A stretch of 64,000 nt of DNA from a virus (Duplodnaviria > Caudoviricetes). The notes beneath the pieces are model-generated. The model saw nothing but the letters and a program-made list of their open reading frames with translations, did no database searches and had not been told where the DNA came from. Below are positions 30,826-43,808 of the stretch, in pieces. Both the position numbers and the translations under genes were made by a program. Every line of letters starts with the position of its first letter. The stretch's first letter is position 1. The stretch lies in the IMG/VR virus record IMGVR_UViG_3300031867_000041, positions 6,544-70,543 of that record; one strand, 5' to 3'.

Positions 30826-32097
30826 ATGGCGGAATTCAAGTACGAAGTCAAAAGAAAAATCGGCGCAATCGAGAAAGACATTGAGTTGAGAGTAGTCTCT
30901 TGGGGTGGTTACCCTGAGAGCTACGACCTCAGAAAGTGGTACACCAGCAACGGCGAAGAGAGATGCGCCAAAGGTATTACCTTCAGTGAGGATGTTGGTA
31001 AAGAACTCACCAAGCAGCTTAATAACTTCCTTATCGGAGCAAAGGTAGATGGCATCACGAGAGGCAAGTACACACTCAAGGTACAGAAAACAAAATACGG
31101 AATTGACGTAGCAACATGGAATGGCAGCTACCGTATGAAAGGTTGCACCTTTACAGAAGACGGTCTCAAGAAACTCTGGGAAGTCATGTATAAAGAGTTT
31201 ATCTCTGAGATTCTTGACGAACAGAGAGTTGAAGCACCAAGGAAAAAGAGTGTAACTCCTAAAACAGACATGGATCCAGTTGTACATTCCTTAACAAGCA
31301 TTCCGGTTAACGATTGTAACTATCCACTGAACAAAGCAACCATCGACCAGATTCGTGAGGCGATTGCTTACATGGAAGCCAATCCCAACGGACAGAAAAC
31401 ACGCCTCACAAGATGCAAAGCAAAACTCAAACAGCTTGAGAAAGCTGAGAAAGCTGAAGAGAAGCCTGTGGTTGAAGAGCCTGTCGAAGAAGAGACTGAG
31501 ACAGAAGATGTTGAAGAAACTGAAGATGTAACCGAGGAAGACGAAGTAGAGGAAGTTGTTAAACCGGAAGTAAAGAATGTAACAAAGGAAACCGCAAAAC
31601 CTGTACAGAAGAAAGCTGACATCATTCAGTTTCCGAAGACAGACAACACGGCAATCAAGAAACTTGCTCCTACCGGAGAGAACCACAGCTTCAAAGAAGT
31701 CGAAGAGAAACTCGGCGAAGAGTTGAAGCTGTTTAAGAACGATCCTGACAGCACCTATGTAATCAATGGAGTTTTAAAGGCTTGTGCTAAAGACCAGGAG
31801 CTTCTCGACAACGTGATGAGAGCTGAGAAATCTTATAAAGGTGCTATGCAGTACTTCTTCAATAAAGCAAAAGAAGGCTACTGCACCAGAATTGGCAACG
31901 TTGGAATCATGAGTGCAGAAACGGCACTGAAGTATGCTATTGATTACTTCAACAGCGAAGACAAGAAGCCGGAACTCAAGAAGAACACAAAGAAAGTTGA
32001 GAAGCCGGAAGAAACCGAAGAACCAAAAGAAACCGTAAAGAAGTCTGCACCGAGAAGAAAGAAATCCACATGGAAGAGAGGAGGAAACAGAAGATGA
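30826..32097 (+). CDS. Fusion: two PC4/YdbC-like ssDNA-binding domains, acidic linker and PcfK-like (AcrIIA9-family-like) C-terminus
   Basis: LRVVSWGG..YDLRKW...KGITF motif occurs twice; C-terminal KSYKGAMQYFF...A.KYAIDYF; lies directly upstream of a PcfJ-like gene. Confidence 0.6.
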   Translation: MAEFKYEVKRKIGAIEKDIELRVVSWGGYPESYDLRKWYTSNGEERCAKGITFSEDVGKELTKQLNNFLIGAKVDGITRGKYTLKVQKTKYGIDVATWNGSYRMKGCTFTEDGLKKLWEVMYKEFISEILDEQRVEAPRKKSVTPKTDMDPVVHSLTSIPVNDCNYPLNKATIDQIREAIAYMEANPNGQKTRLTRCKAKLKQLEKAEKAEEKPVVEEPVEEETETEDVEETEDVTEEDEVEEVVKPEVKNVTKETAKPVQKKADIIQFPKTDNTAIKKLAPTGENHSFKEVEEKLGEELKLFKNDPDSTYVINGVLKACAKDQELLDNVMRAEKSYKGAMQYFFNKAKEGYCTRIGNVGIMSAETALKYAIDYFNSEDKKPELKKNTKKVEKPEETEEPKETVKKSAPRRKKSTWKRGGNRR

Positions 32098-33593
32098 ATA
32101 AGGCAAAGAAGATTGAATTAACAAATAAATACAACACCAACAAGATTCCGCAGCTGACCGACTATCAGAAAGAATGGATCAGAAAAGAAACCGCTCATTA
32201 TATTTTCGTAACAAAAGACGAGAATGGTAATCAGAAATGTAGATGTGAAAGATGCAACAAAGAGATTGATATAGGGAAAACAAAACACAAAGCAACAGCG
32301 GTTTGCCCGAACTGCAAAAAGGGACTGACGGTTATGCATCTCTGGAGAAATCGTTTTGAAGAAACTATTGACTGGGTAGCAATACCTAAGACAATAGACG
32401 GCGAAACGCTGATGCTTCGCTATGTTATGGCACTTAGAGTTGGAACAACACTTGCAATAAATGAGGTTGCAAGAAAAGTTATCAGAACCGGACTCAAAGA
32501 AGCGTACAACTTTGAGTTGATCAATGGAGAGTGGGTAGCTCAGAGATCGCAATACTTCAGAGAGTTTTACATGTATAATAGAAGATTCTTCTATTGTGAA
32601 GTGGCAAAAATATATAAACCCCTCTGGAAGAGAGAAACAAAGAAAATCGAATGTCTTAAGTATTTCCCGGAATTTATGCAGTATGTAAATCCTTGGTACT
32701 GTGTCCATAGTGGAATGCAGTTCATTATGGAAAAAGCACCGTTTTATGAAAAGCTTCATAAAGCAGGATTAAAAGAACTTGCGGAAGATGACTTCAAAAA
32801 TTATAGCAATTATAGCGACAATAGTATTAAGTACAACAAAAAAGAAACCACATTGACAGGAATGCTTGGAATCAATAGAAGACAGTTTAACGTATTGCGT
32901 AACCATCAGACACATAAAGCGTATAAAGCAATACAACTTTTCCCGAATGCATATGAGGATTTCTTAGAAAAAGTCGTTGCGTCTGGTATACACTCAGAAG
33001 ATTTAAAAGAAATCATTGAAGCTGGTTTTAATGTAAACAAAACAATCAGCTATTTGAGTAAAACGAACTGCAATGCTCATGAATGGTTGCATTACACAAA
33101 GATAATGAAGCAATTAAATTACAATCTGGATGATAGTTATCTTTACCCGAAGGATTTCAGAAAGGAAGACAGCAGAGTCACCAGAGAATACGAAGAAAAA
33201 ACAAATGCAGAGAAAGACGCTCCGAAAAATATTCTAATTGCAAATATTTCCAAGGCACTTAGAGAAAATGAGTTTATTAAAGAATTCTTTGCAGGCTCTA
33301 ACGGCTTACAAATTCTTGTCCCGGAAACCGCACAGGACCTCAGACAGGAAGGCAGAATACTTCACAACTGTCTTAGCACTTACATCGACAGAGTCGCAAC
33401 CGGTAAAACACTTATCTTCTTTATTCGTAGGATTGATGATCCTGCTTCACCATATATTGCAATGGAATACTGCCACGGAAGAGTTGTCCAGTGCAGACTC
33501 GACCACAATGTTGCAGTAAAAGACGAGAAGATTATCAACTTTGCCGAAGCACTGGCGAAGAAGTTGCGTGAACAAAACATCTTAGCTGCATAA
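32094..33593 (+). CDS. PcfJ-like protein
   Basis: N-terminal CERC/CPNC; C-terminal EGRILHNCLSTY...IFFIRR...PYIAMEY...QCR. Confidence 0.85.
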   Translation: MNKAKKIELTNKYNTNKIPQLTDYQKEWIRKETAHYIFVTKDENGNQKCRCERCNKEIDIGKTKHKATAVCPNCKKGLTVMHLWRNRFEETIDWVAIPKTIDGETLMLRYVMALRVGTTLAINEVARKVIRTGLKEAYNFELINGEWVAQRSQYFREFYMYNRRFFYCEVAKIYKPLWKRETKKIECLKYFPEFMQYVNPWYCVHSGMQFIMEKAPFYEKLHKAGLKELAEDDFKNYSNYSDNSIKYNKKETTLTGMLGINRRQFNVLRNHQTHKAYKAIQLFPNAYEDFLEKVVASGIHSEDLKEIIEAGFNVNKTISYLSKTNCNAHEWLHYTKIMKQLNYNLDDSYLYPKDFRKEDSRVTREYEEKTNAEKDAPKNILIANISKALRENEFIKEFFAGSNGLQILVPETAQDLRQEGRILHNCLSTYIDRVATGKTLIFFIRRIDDPASPYIAMEYCHGRVVQCRLDHNVAVKDEKIINFAEALAKKLREQNILAA

Positions 33594-33609
33594 GAAAGGA
33601 GATGCAAAC

Positions 33610-36039
33610 ATGAAAAGGTACTATGATAGCAACACTGAAGAAGTATACACAGAAGATCAGTTATATGCTTTCTGGGTGCAAGATAGTCAGTTTGACTATC
33701 CGGATTTTAAAAAATGGCTTGAAGAAGCGTCCGGCAAAAACGGAACGCTTGAAAAGATTGCGGATGATTGGAAAATAAACACTCTTCGCAAGTCTGTTGC
33801 AAACGACATTTCTTGTAAGGAAATGCCCTATGATAAAGTCATTGAAGCAATGAATAAAATGGAGTTGTTTAACAAATGGACAGATTACGAAATAAACAAT
33901 CGTCCTATTGATGTGGATGGAATTGCAGATATGATAGCTGAATATTGGGAAAGCGAGGGAGAATGACATGACAACAGAAAGAGTAATGACGGCTGCATGG
34001 CTGAGAGGTATTTACTTTGATGGCAAAAAGGAATGGTTGAACTCAACCGTAGGATATGGATATGAAATCTATACACCTAACGGACATTTCTTTCAAGCAG
34101 ATACGCTTGAAGGTTTGTACAAGAAAATCATGGAATATAAGAAAGTGAGGTGAAAGAGATGAAAAAACTTTGGGCAAGAGTTGGTATGGAACTTGAGGTG
34201 ACAGACGAAGAGTACGAAAGCATTAAAGAAAAGGCTATGGGTAGAGATTACTGCTTCGATGAAGACAGCGAACTTGCAAAAAGATTTATTTCAGACGGCA
34301 AGTTAAGTGGTGAGTCGTATGTGCCTGATAACTGTTTATATGAATGGAATGAAAGGATATTTGATTATGAATAATAATTATTTAAATGGAACAGATATTG
34401 GGCTTGCAGACGTACAGATGACAACCGGAGCGTTAGAAAAGAAACTTGCTTACTGGAAAACAAATTATCCGTATGCCATTTGTGAAATCGAACGTATGAT
34501 GACAGCGCTTGAAGTACTGAATGATTTGGAAAACGATGTAGCAAATATGGAATGAAAGAAAGGTTTGATGGTATGGAGAAAGAAAAAGTTATCATCAGAA
34601 AAGAGTATGACCCGTATATGAAAATCTGGAAATACTTATGTATTTTCCCGGAAGCGTATGAAGGCAACGGTAGATTCGGATGTGTATCAATATGGAAAGC
34701 AAATGATGGTCATTGGTGGCATGAACCTTATGACGCCGGAGAAGTTGGTTATTTCTACAAATGCAAAATTGTTCATAAGAATACTCCCGAAGCAGCTGAA
34801 GCACTCAGTGGTTTGATTGAGATTTATGGTGATGGTTTCCGCATTGTAGAAAAGATGACAAACAGGTGGTAATAAAAATACGGTTTTAAGAAAGGATGTG
34901 TAGTATATGCAGAATAATGACGAACAGAATAGAGAAACATTATTGGATATTATAGCTTCTTATGTCAGAATGATTGACTTCGCTGGAGGCGATTATCCGG
35001 CTGTTGTGTTGGATGATATTAGAGCAAGTGCAGAATATGTATTGAAGAGAAACAACTACTACAAATAATAAAATACGGTTTTGATGAGAGGAGATAACCA
35101 AAATGAAAAATAGAAAACTCTATGATGCAATTACAGATTTTGCGATTGAGTATGGTTCTTTAAAATGGAACGATGAAGAAAATGTAAAAGAATTTCGAAA
35201 ACTGGTAGATATGAGCATCAAGGCCGGGAAGATACCAGAATGTAACAGAAATGAACCATCAACATGGAATAGACTTCTTGCGGCAGTTACATATGGTGAC
35301 AATCGTTTACGATTTTGTGACTAATAAAAATCATAACATTTAAAAGAGGAGGCATTGATATGACTATTAAGGCAACCAACATTCAGTTTGTAAATCCAGA
35401 AGGAAATGTAGACGAAACTCAGTTTGATACTCATGACGAACATGAACTTGCAGAGCTGTGGTGGCAGTTCTGCAAGGAGAATAACTTTATTACAGTGATT
35501 AAAGGCGAAGCAGATTGGGAAACAGGTGTATTAGTTTGATGTAAGTATTGATGAAATTTTAAATATGAGAGGTTGACTCAATGAAATTTGTATGGGAAAT
35601 GAATGAAAAGAATTGGGAAGAATTTGCGAACGCTGTTGAAAGAGAAGCGTTTAATGTCGCATATATGGCCGGAGAATATCTTGGATGCTGTAGAGTCGGC
35701 GATCTATGTTTTGACATCCGTGCATGGAACGGAGGCGAATGGGTTGGATGGGGTTTTGAATTATTCTGTGGTGGTGTTGATACTTGTTATGGTTATTCCT
35801 CAGCGGATGCGTTGGCAACCGGCAAATATAAAGATAAATATGAAGTTCCAGAAGAGTTGTTGTACCCATATGATGAAGTTGCTTACGGAGAATTTCCTAA
35901 TGCTTATGCAACATATACAATGTTAGAATTCCAGAAAGCTGCGGAAGAAATATTCGAAGAATTTATTAAAAAGCAGAGTAAGATTTATAACAAGGCTGAT
36001 CTAATAGCCAAAGCAAACGAAGAGCTTCATGAGTGGTAA
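33610..36039 (+). other. Array of short hypothetical ORFs
   Basis: 33610..33966, 33968..34153, 34150..34374, 34552..34872, 35103..35324, 35581..36039 and others, with RBSs. Confidence 0.7.
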
Positions 36040-36108
36040 GGGGGCGGTAATATTGATTGAGTAACAGGCGCTTTAGTTTAATATAAGTATTGACGAAACA
36101 AGACTTTT

Positions 36109-36720
36109 ATGAGAGGAGATACAGATATGGTAAACAGAATTATGAATGTAGCAGAAAACGATCCGATGTACAACAAACTTATGAGCGAACTTAAAGATGT
36201 TTCCGATGATAATCTTGTTATTGTTGCTAAAAGTTATAAGAACCGCAAGGACGATGCTATTAAACCGATTGCAGTTAAGAATGGAATTTACTTTTACGTT
36301 GCATACGACTTAAATGGACAGACTGCTTATTTTAATGGCGCAACTCCTGAACAGATTTATAAAGCAAAAGCAAATATGATGCGCAGAGCAAGGCTTGGTT
36401 CTATGATGTCTTTGTTATTCTCTGAAGGCGAGACTCTTGAAAATTTCAAATTCAGCGGCGACCCAATGAACGTCGCAACTCTTGATTGCAAAATGTACGG
36501 CGGTGGTCTTCTGTATTGTGAAGAGTTTCTAAAAGAGATGGAAAAGAAAATTGGTAAATATTATATCTTGCCATCTTCTATTCATGAGCTTATCTTTGTT
36601 CCGACAGATACAGCCGTTAAAGATGATTTAACATATATGGTAAAAGAAGTTAACAGCTTAGAGGTTACTGATAATGACTATCTCGCAGACAGAGCGTTCG
36701 AAGAAGAAGAGTGGATGTAA
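36109..36720 (+). CDS. DUF5688-like protein
   Basis: YYILPSSIHELIFVP...MVKEVN...YLAD motif. Confidence 0.7.
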   Translation: MRGDTDMVNRIMNVAENDPMYNKLMSELKDVSDDNLVIVAKSYKNRKDDAIKPIAVKNGIYFYVAYDLNGQTAYFNGATPEQIYKAKANMMRRARLGSMMSLLFSEGETLENFKFSGDPMNVATLDCKMYGGGLLYCEEFLKEMEKKIGKYYILPSSIHELIFVPTDTAVKDDLTYMVKEVNSLEVTDNDYLADRAFEEEEWM

Positions 36721-36735
36721 TAAATTAAATCTTTT

Positions 36736-39700
36736 GTGAAAGGAGACAATGCTATGAAAATTGGAGATATTGTAACGATTACTGTTAATCACCCAGGGGG
36801 TGTTGGTGGTTGTTTTGTAAAAAACGAAACTGGTGTGCTTACTGATTTTGATGAAGTTGCCGCATGGAAAATCTCCACAGGAATGCCAGGAACAAGCGGA
36901 TGGTGGTATGCGGAAGATGAATTCCGTCCGGCAACGGATGACGAAATTAAAGCAAGATTAAAACTTATTCTGATGAGATGAGGTGATTATATGATTAAAA
37001 CATATTGTAACAAACGGAATCCACACAAAATCATTGATGTTAAGCACACTGCTGACCGCCACTATATGTGGCGTCAGCGGATGGTGTTTGATAACGGAGT
37101 TGAAAACCATGTAGGTACAAAGAAAGGAGGCTTTTACAGACAGCACAAAGCAACTATCAATGAAGTTTTGGAAGATTACGAGGAGGTAGCAAATGATTAA
37201 GGATTTTAAAAACGGAGAAATTGTAGAAGATACATATTATGAGTTGCGCTTTTATGTTGATGAATGTGGTGGATTCGCTTTTCTGTGTGATAAGGACGGA
37301 AATGTGATTTTTAACGAGAACACAACCGAGGCAGCTATTGAGAATTATCACTGGTGTATGGAACATCCAGAAAAATTTCCCTATTATTTCAACCATGTTG
37401 TCAAACAGGTACACAGATACAGAGAACCAAACAGTGGAACTTGCCACTGTGGAGAGAAAATTGCACTTGTAAATGAGTACCTTGGAGCTTGCGAATGTCC
37501 GAAATGTGGACAGTGGTACAACCTCTGGGGACAGGAACTTAAAAATCCAGAAACTTGGAGCGATGGCGACGATTGGTAAGAAGGAGATGTGAGATATGAA
37601 AGATTATAGAAACACAATTTGGAAATCATTAACAAGCGAATGTTATTTACGGCTTTGCGAATGTCGCTCAATAAAAGAAGACCTTCCGCATTTGGTAAAT
37701 TCTGTGTGGTTTTGGTGGAGAGAAACCGGAAAAGCAGAAAGATATACAAAAGCAGATGCAGTTGTTTATATCATGGAACTGCTGGATGCCAATTCTCAGT
37801 GGGAACTTGCAGATTTGACCACTGATGAGTTCAACGAACTGAGCAGATAAATATTTGAAAGGAGATGTCTATATGGCAAACTACAGAACAATTAAAGAGC
37901 TTTCGAAGTATAAAGGATACCGCATTAGAAGATTACATAAAGATGGATTGTGGTATTACTTCGCCGGAACTTCAGACTATGAACTGGACGCAGAAACAAT
38001 CAAGGCGAGATCGTTAAAGGATATCAAAAAAATTATAGACAATATGGAATGCTATGAATTCTCCGTGTTGTTATGCGGAGGATATACGAACGGAACTATT
38101 AAAATATATGCATCAGACGAAGATACTGCTTGTGGAAAAGTATTGGAATATGTTGGCGAGACATTGAGTAAAGCGTTTCCTGAATTAGATATTGAATATT
38201 GTGTTGAGCTTGTTTGAAATGAGGTGACCATATGAATCAACCAAAAGAATATCAAGAAGTACTACAGAAGTTGTATGATGCAGCTATGAAATATCCTGAT
38301 GAAAAACTTGCGAAAGCTATTGGAGAAGTAAGAGATTTAGTTGTGGAATATAAAAATATTATTGATGCTTATGAAATAAATAATAAAAACAGCTTTTATA
38401 GAAGGGAGATGGTTCAATGAACACATGTAAAATCTGTGGTAGGACTGGAAAGTTTGGTTACGGTGTTGATAGACATGGGAACAAAATTTGTTTTGAGTGT
38501 TGTGGCGAATTGGACAAAGATCATTTGAGGCTTCTCAAGAAAAAAGAAAAAATGATTCTTTATCTCTCAAACAGAGGGATTGAGAATTGGCCTGGAACAT
38601 TAGTCATTAAACCGACAAAAAGAAAGATTGGTAAACATAATATTGCTGGAACAAGAGAAGATGTATGGTTTGATTTTGAAGGAAGACATTTTCATGGTGT
38701 TCAGTATGGTGACTTTAGTCAGATTTGTCACATTACGGTTGTACGATAAAACTCGCCTTTGATGAAAGGAGATAAAGCCAATGATCGAATGGATTCTTCA
38801 GTTGGAAGGCCAGAATATGTTACAGGTTCATTATTCGAGTGGATGTGATCGGTACATATTTCCTGATGGTTATGGAAACTATGAAACAAATATGACCCGA
38901 CCGCAGCGGAAATTTATGGATAACTCCATAAAGGTAGAAATACTTAACGCTGATGGTTGGTACAGAACATTCTATTACTGGTTAGACAAAGACAATCCCA
39001 ATAAGGCAATTATGGGGGGCAAGTAAGAATTAAAAAGCAGTTTTATGGAAATCAATAAAACCAAGTTTTAAGGGAGAGATTATATAATGAAAAACGAAAG
39101 AATGATTGTTGATAGTTTTGATGGGAAAAATTATTACTTTTTTGATTACCCGGAAGACTATGAAAGAGAAGATGGAATCGGCGCAGTAGATGTTAGTGAT
39201 GAGATTGGCTATCATCAGTGTAATAAATCTGCACTGTATGATGATATGGAAGGATATGTTGATGAATTACAGGATGAGCAGAACCTTCCAGATGGCAATT
39301 ATATTGTAACTTATTTCTACTTTAACGATGATTGCGATCTTGAACAGCGTGTTGACTTTGGTATTAGTAAAAGTGAAATTATTCAGAATGTAATTAATCA
39401 GAAATATGTCGAAGGAGCTGATTACTTTTTAACGGATCAATTTGTAAGATACTAACAAAACGACAATTTTAAAGGAGACGTTCATATGAAATTAGCTCAG
39501 AAATTAGAACTTCGACTTACCGGAGAAGAAATGGATGCCCTTGGAAAAGCAGACGAAATCCTTAAAAATATTATTGATTTGCTTATTGGCAACAAAGAAA
39601 ATGGACATACGCCCTGGCAAGATGGTCTGATAGCACCGAATTGCTTTTGGGATTTATGTCACCATGTTCATCAGATTGATGACGAAGAACTGATACCTTA

Positions 39701-40113
39701 ACGAGAAAGGAGAATGAAGATGTACGTATTAAGCATGAGAGGATGTAAGCCAACCTACTATGACGAATGTGATGTAGCGTTTAAAAAATATCTTTATATG
39801 CGAAAATACTTTTCCGGTGTTTCGCTTACAAGAATAAGCCACAACAGATTCGTTAAAGATGTCATTGTTACTAAAAGAACTATATAAATTAAAGAAAGGG
39901 TGTAAAGATATGGCAAAAGCGTTAACATATAAAGAACTTATTGAATATGCACTCAAACATTACAACAAAGGTGGTGATACAACATATGAGTGTTTAGATG
40001 AAAAAGCGTTTGATGAGTATGTTAAACTGTTTGGTCCAATAACGAAAAGAAAAGCGTTGGAAATGTTTAAACTTGATTATGAGATCCAGAGAGACAGAGC
40101 CGGTTGGTATTAA
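36736..40113 (+). other. Array of short hypothetical ORFs
   Basis: 36991..37200, 37193..37579 (CHC/CPKC), 37596..37850, 37855..38217, 38417..38749, 39087..39455 and others. Confidence 0.7.
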
Positions 40114-40366
40114 TGAGAGGAGACGAATCGCATGGCATATTTTTCAAAAGAAATATATGAACAAAAGAGTGAGTATGCTGCAAAACAAATGGCCGAGAAT
40201 GCAAAAATAAAAACGCTTACATCGCAGTAATTGATACGAGTGATAACGATCCAATCTGTGTTGCAATTATTTATCAGTACGAATTTGATTCTTATGGAAA
40301 CGAATTCGATGAAACAACATACAACGTGTGTGTAACATACAGGTCATTTTAATAAGGAGAACGCAT

Positions 40367-40894
40367 ATGAGAGATTTACAGAAAGCATTTCAGAACTGTA
40401 TCAGATTGATGGATGAGATTCATATGGACTACGGCAAAATTACAGAAGTGACAGTGAATACAAGAGCAAAGCACAGATGGGGACAGTGCAAATGCAAAGT
40501 GATTGGATTCAAATACGGTGAACCGATATATGAATACTCTATTAACATCTCTTCGTTGCTTCTTAATGAACGAATTCCGATTGAATCTTTGCAGAACACA
40601 ATTATTCATGAAATTCTTCACACTTGCCCTGGCTGTGCAAATCATGGATACGAATGGAAGAGAAGAGCTGCAATAGTAAAAAGAGAACTTGGATACGACA
40701 TCAAAAGATGCTCAAGTTTTGAGGAACGTGGTGTTGATGCGAGTTTAATTGAACAGTATAAAGCACCTAAATATGTAGTACGTTGTAAAAAATGTGGCAG
40801 AAATGTTGGCAGAACAAAAATGTGTGGCATAATCAAGCATCCAGAATTATGGAGATGTGGTGTTTGCGACGGCGAGTTTGAAAGAGTTAAGTAA
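40367..40894 (+). CDS. SprT-like zinc metalloprotease
   Basis: TIIHEILH..., HG..WK, C-terminal CKKC and CGVC. Confidence 0.85.
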   Translation: MRDLQKAFQNCIRLMDEIHMDYGKITEVTVNTRAKHRWGQCKCKVIGFKYGEPIYEYSINISSLLLNERIPIESLQNTIIHEILHTCPGCANHGYEWKRRAAIVKRELGYDIKRCSSFEERGVDASLIEQYKAPKYVVRCKKCGRNVGRTKMCGIIKHPELWRCGVCDGEFERVK

Positions 40895-40932
40895 CATAAA
40901 TTAAATATATAATAAAAGAAAGGAAGACAATT

Positions 40933-42243
40933 ATGAGAACATTTGAAGAGATGATGGAAGAAATGATGGAAAGACAGCGTAAAGCTGAACAAGAGATGGA
41001 AGAACTCCTCGCTTCTCAGGATGGTAGCCACGCAATTCCTCACACTGCCTACTTTGTAGGTGGTAAGTATCACGGCCTTTATATGACTCATGAGCAGCTT
41101 AAGTCTAAAGGCAACGGCAACTTCACTGTTCGTTGGTCTGCATTGAGCGAACACAATCCGTTGCTTGTCAATCTGGACCTTGAAGACCAGCCAATGGTTG
41201 ATGGATATTTGTCTCCCATGTGGGACGGCGGTTTCCTTCGCTACGAAACACAAGAAGTCTATGATGCAATGTTTGATTAATGAAAGAGAGGAAAATGAAT
41301 ATGAACGAAAAAATGGTTTGGGTTGGAATGTATGCCGATCAGACAAGACAGTTTACTGAAGAAGAACTGTACGTAGATAACTGGGTAGAAGTCAAAATTC
41401 CAGAATGGATTGTCAGAAAGTGGTATGAGAAAGAAAATCTTGCAGAAGAAACAGCCTATGAATTAAATATCGACATTAAAGATGCGACATTTGAACTGTG
41501 GTTAAACGAAGTATCTTATGGCGATGATACAGACGGTCTGTATGAATTTGCTGTAGCAAATGGATTTACACCAAAAGTGAAATAAGAAAGGAGACGTTAC
41601 TATGACGCTTTATGATTTACTTGTTGTTTCGGATAAAGATTTTGATACATACGACGATGTGTATGACGCAGTTGTCACAGTCGCAATTAATCTTGATGCA
41701 GTAGATGATTACGATGAGTTTTGTATTGCTCTTGTAAAATTAATAACTGTTAAAAGTATTGCTCGTGATAAAAATCCAATCTGTGACTGGTCTGATTTTA
41801 TTAAGAGAAATATGGATGTATTCCGTAGTTTTGCTGATAACTACTGGTATAAGAACAATACTGATGATGAAGATGACTTTATTTGTGAATGGATGAAGGA
41901 ATTCCATCTTCTGCTTGCCGGACACGGTGGGTGTGATGATTACGGATTTTACAAGCAGGAACTTGTAGACAAGTGTCATTAATAGGAGAAATTAAATATG
42001 ATGTACAAAGTAAAAGACCATTATAAATTTAGAAACAAACCGTATCGTGAGCTGTGGATCTATGGAGATGATGGTGATCGAATGTATTACTGTACCGATG
42101 GTTATAGAGAACAGAATTCAAAACTTAAATATAAACACCGCACAGGGTGTAAACAAATTAAGTATGGACAGTACTTTGTAGCTAAGTTCCCGGACGGTGG
42201 ACGCAAGAACATCTATCTCAGCGATTTAACTGAGTATAGATAA
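40933..42243 (+). other. Four short hypothetical ORFs
   Basis: 40933..41280, 41280..41585, 41602..41982, 41998..42243. Confidence 0.7.
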
Positions 42244-42338
42244 AAAGAAATACAACTGAATAATATGCGAAAAGGGACTGGTTAACGCTAGTCCCTTTTT
42301 GATTACTACAAACAAACATTAAAAAGGAGATTTGTACT

Positions 42339-43136
42339 ATGACTAAGAAAGAATTTTTTGCAAACTATGGAATTGAATACAGAACAAAAGATAGCAAAAT
42401 CCTTGCTCCGTGGGGACAGTGGGTACCGATGCCGTTAACATGGGGAAGCAAAACTCATTGTTATGGTTGGAGCACTCTGGCTGGCACAAAAGAGTGGGAA
42501 GTTGAGTTTAATGGTAAAACTCAGATTATGAAAGGGACTTGTCCTTGTCAGTGTGAACATTGCTATGGTTGCAATGGTAGATATGCAATGCCAGGAGTAT
42601 ATAACGCAAATGCTTGGCGTACATTTGCTGCACGAGTATTTCCAGATTGGCTCGAAAAAGCTATCACAGCTCAGATTAATTGGGGGAAACGTGGAAAACC
42701 GCTTGGATTTGTTCGTGTCCACATTACTGGAGATTTCTTTAATATGAAGTATATTCAGATGTGGAAACGTATTAAAGCAAATTGTCCAAATACTCGTATG
42801 TGGGCATACACGAAGAATAAAAAAGCAGAAAATGCATTTGATAATGTTGAAGGATTCAATATTGTCAAGAGTATTGTCCCAGGGTTTGGTATTAACTATG
42901 GTCACTGTGATTATGTAATGAATATGTATTATGCATTAAGAGAGGCAGGAATCGAAACACATATCTGCAGATGTGCAGTTGATAACAATCAGCACTGCAA
43001 CAATTGTCGTGCTTGTCAGGAACTGAAGTATGTACTTTTTCTCGAACATGGTTCTGATTACAATCCTAAAGTGGATCCGCTCTGGAATGAGTTCGTAGCC
43101 CTGGTAGAGAGCGATGAGAACAAGCGTCACATTTAA
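42339..43136 (+). CDS. Gp88-like Cys-rich phage protein
   Basis: TCP..C..CY..., VRVHITGDF, WAYTK, C..CRAC. Confidence 0.7.
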   Translation: MTKKEFFANYGIEYRTKDSKILAPWGQWVPMPLTWGSKTHCYGWSTLAGTKEWEVEFNGKTQIMKGTCPCQCEHCYGCNGRYAMPGVYNANAWRTFAARVFPDWLEKAITAQINWGKRGKPLGFVRVHITGDFFNMKYIQMWKRIKANCPNTRMWAYTKNKKAENAFDNVEGFNIVKSIVPGFGINYGHCDYVMNMYYALREAGIETHICRCAVDNNQHCNNCRACQELKYVLFLEHGSDYNPKVDPLWNEFVALVESDENKRHI

Positions 43137-43195
43137 GTAACTAAATAATATTAACAATAAATTAAATATTATATATTTGAAGGGAGAATTGCAAT

Positions 43196-43753
43196 ATGAA
43201 TACTAATATTGGATATAAGCTTTTTGAGATGGATGAAAATGGCAAACTGTATCCGCTGTTTATTGATAAAAATACTATTGTTCCAATTGGAGAATGGATT
43301 CCGGCAGAGTATCATCCGACAAAAGGTTTCGCTGCTCGTGGCGGATGGCATCTTGGAGCAGATGTGCCGGATGCGCCGTGGCTGAAGTCTTATGATGGCA
43401 CTGACAGAGGATATTACAAATCCAGATGGAAGAGAGGCAAAAGAGTGTGGTGCAGAGTGGAGTACAATGCAACTAATGATTATAATAAGGAAGTTTCTCT
43501 GCTGAAGAAAAAGTGTTTTGTTGACAAAGTGCCGGAAAATGGCTACTATTTCTTCAGAGAAGTTGGAAAAGGTGTGTGGATTATTACTTCTGATATTAGA
43601 GTGTTGGAAGTTCTTACAGAAGAAGAAAGAATTAGAATTATGGAAGAAAAAGGTTACGATGAAGTCGCTGCTTTCGCTAAATATAAGAGAACGTTTGAAA
43701 AGAGAATGAAGAAAGCTGAGAAGAAAGCAAGAAAGATGAAAAAAGTCGCTTAA
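43196..43753 (+). CDS. Conserved hypothetical phage protein (185 aa)
   Basis: Track ORF with RBS. Confidence 0.75.
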   Translation: MNTNIGYKLFEMDENGKLYPLFIDKNTIVPIGEWIPAEYHPTKGFAARGGWHLGADVPDAPWLKSYDGTDRGYYKSRWKRGKRVWCRVEYNATNDYNKEVSLLKKKCFVDKVPENGYYFFREVGKGVWIITSDIRVLEVLTEEERIRIMEEKGYDEVAAFAKYKRTFEKRMKKAEKKARKMKKVA

Positions 43754-43808
43754 GTTAAAATATTAAATAATAGGGTATTGAAAAATATGATGAGATGTGG
43801 TATAATCA

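Noticed and set aside
39714-39887. Frameshifted small ORF as programmed frameshift
   Set aside because: A single-base loss in a T run explains it; mutation or assembly error is more likely.
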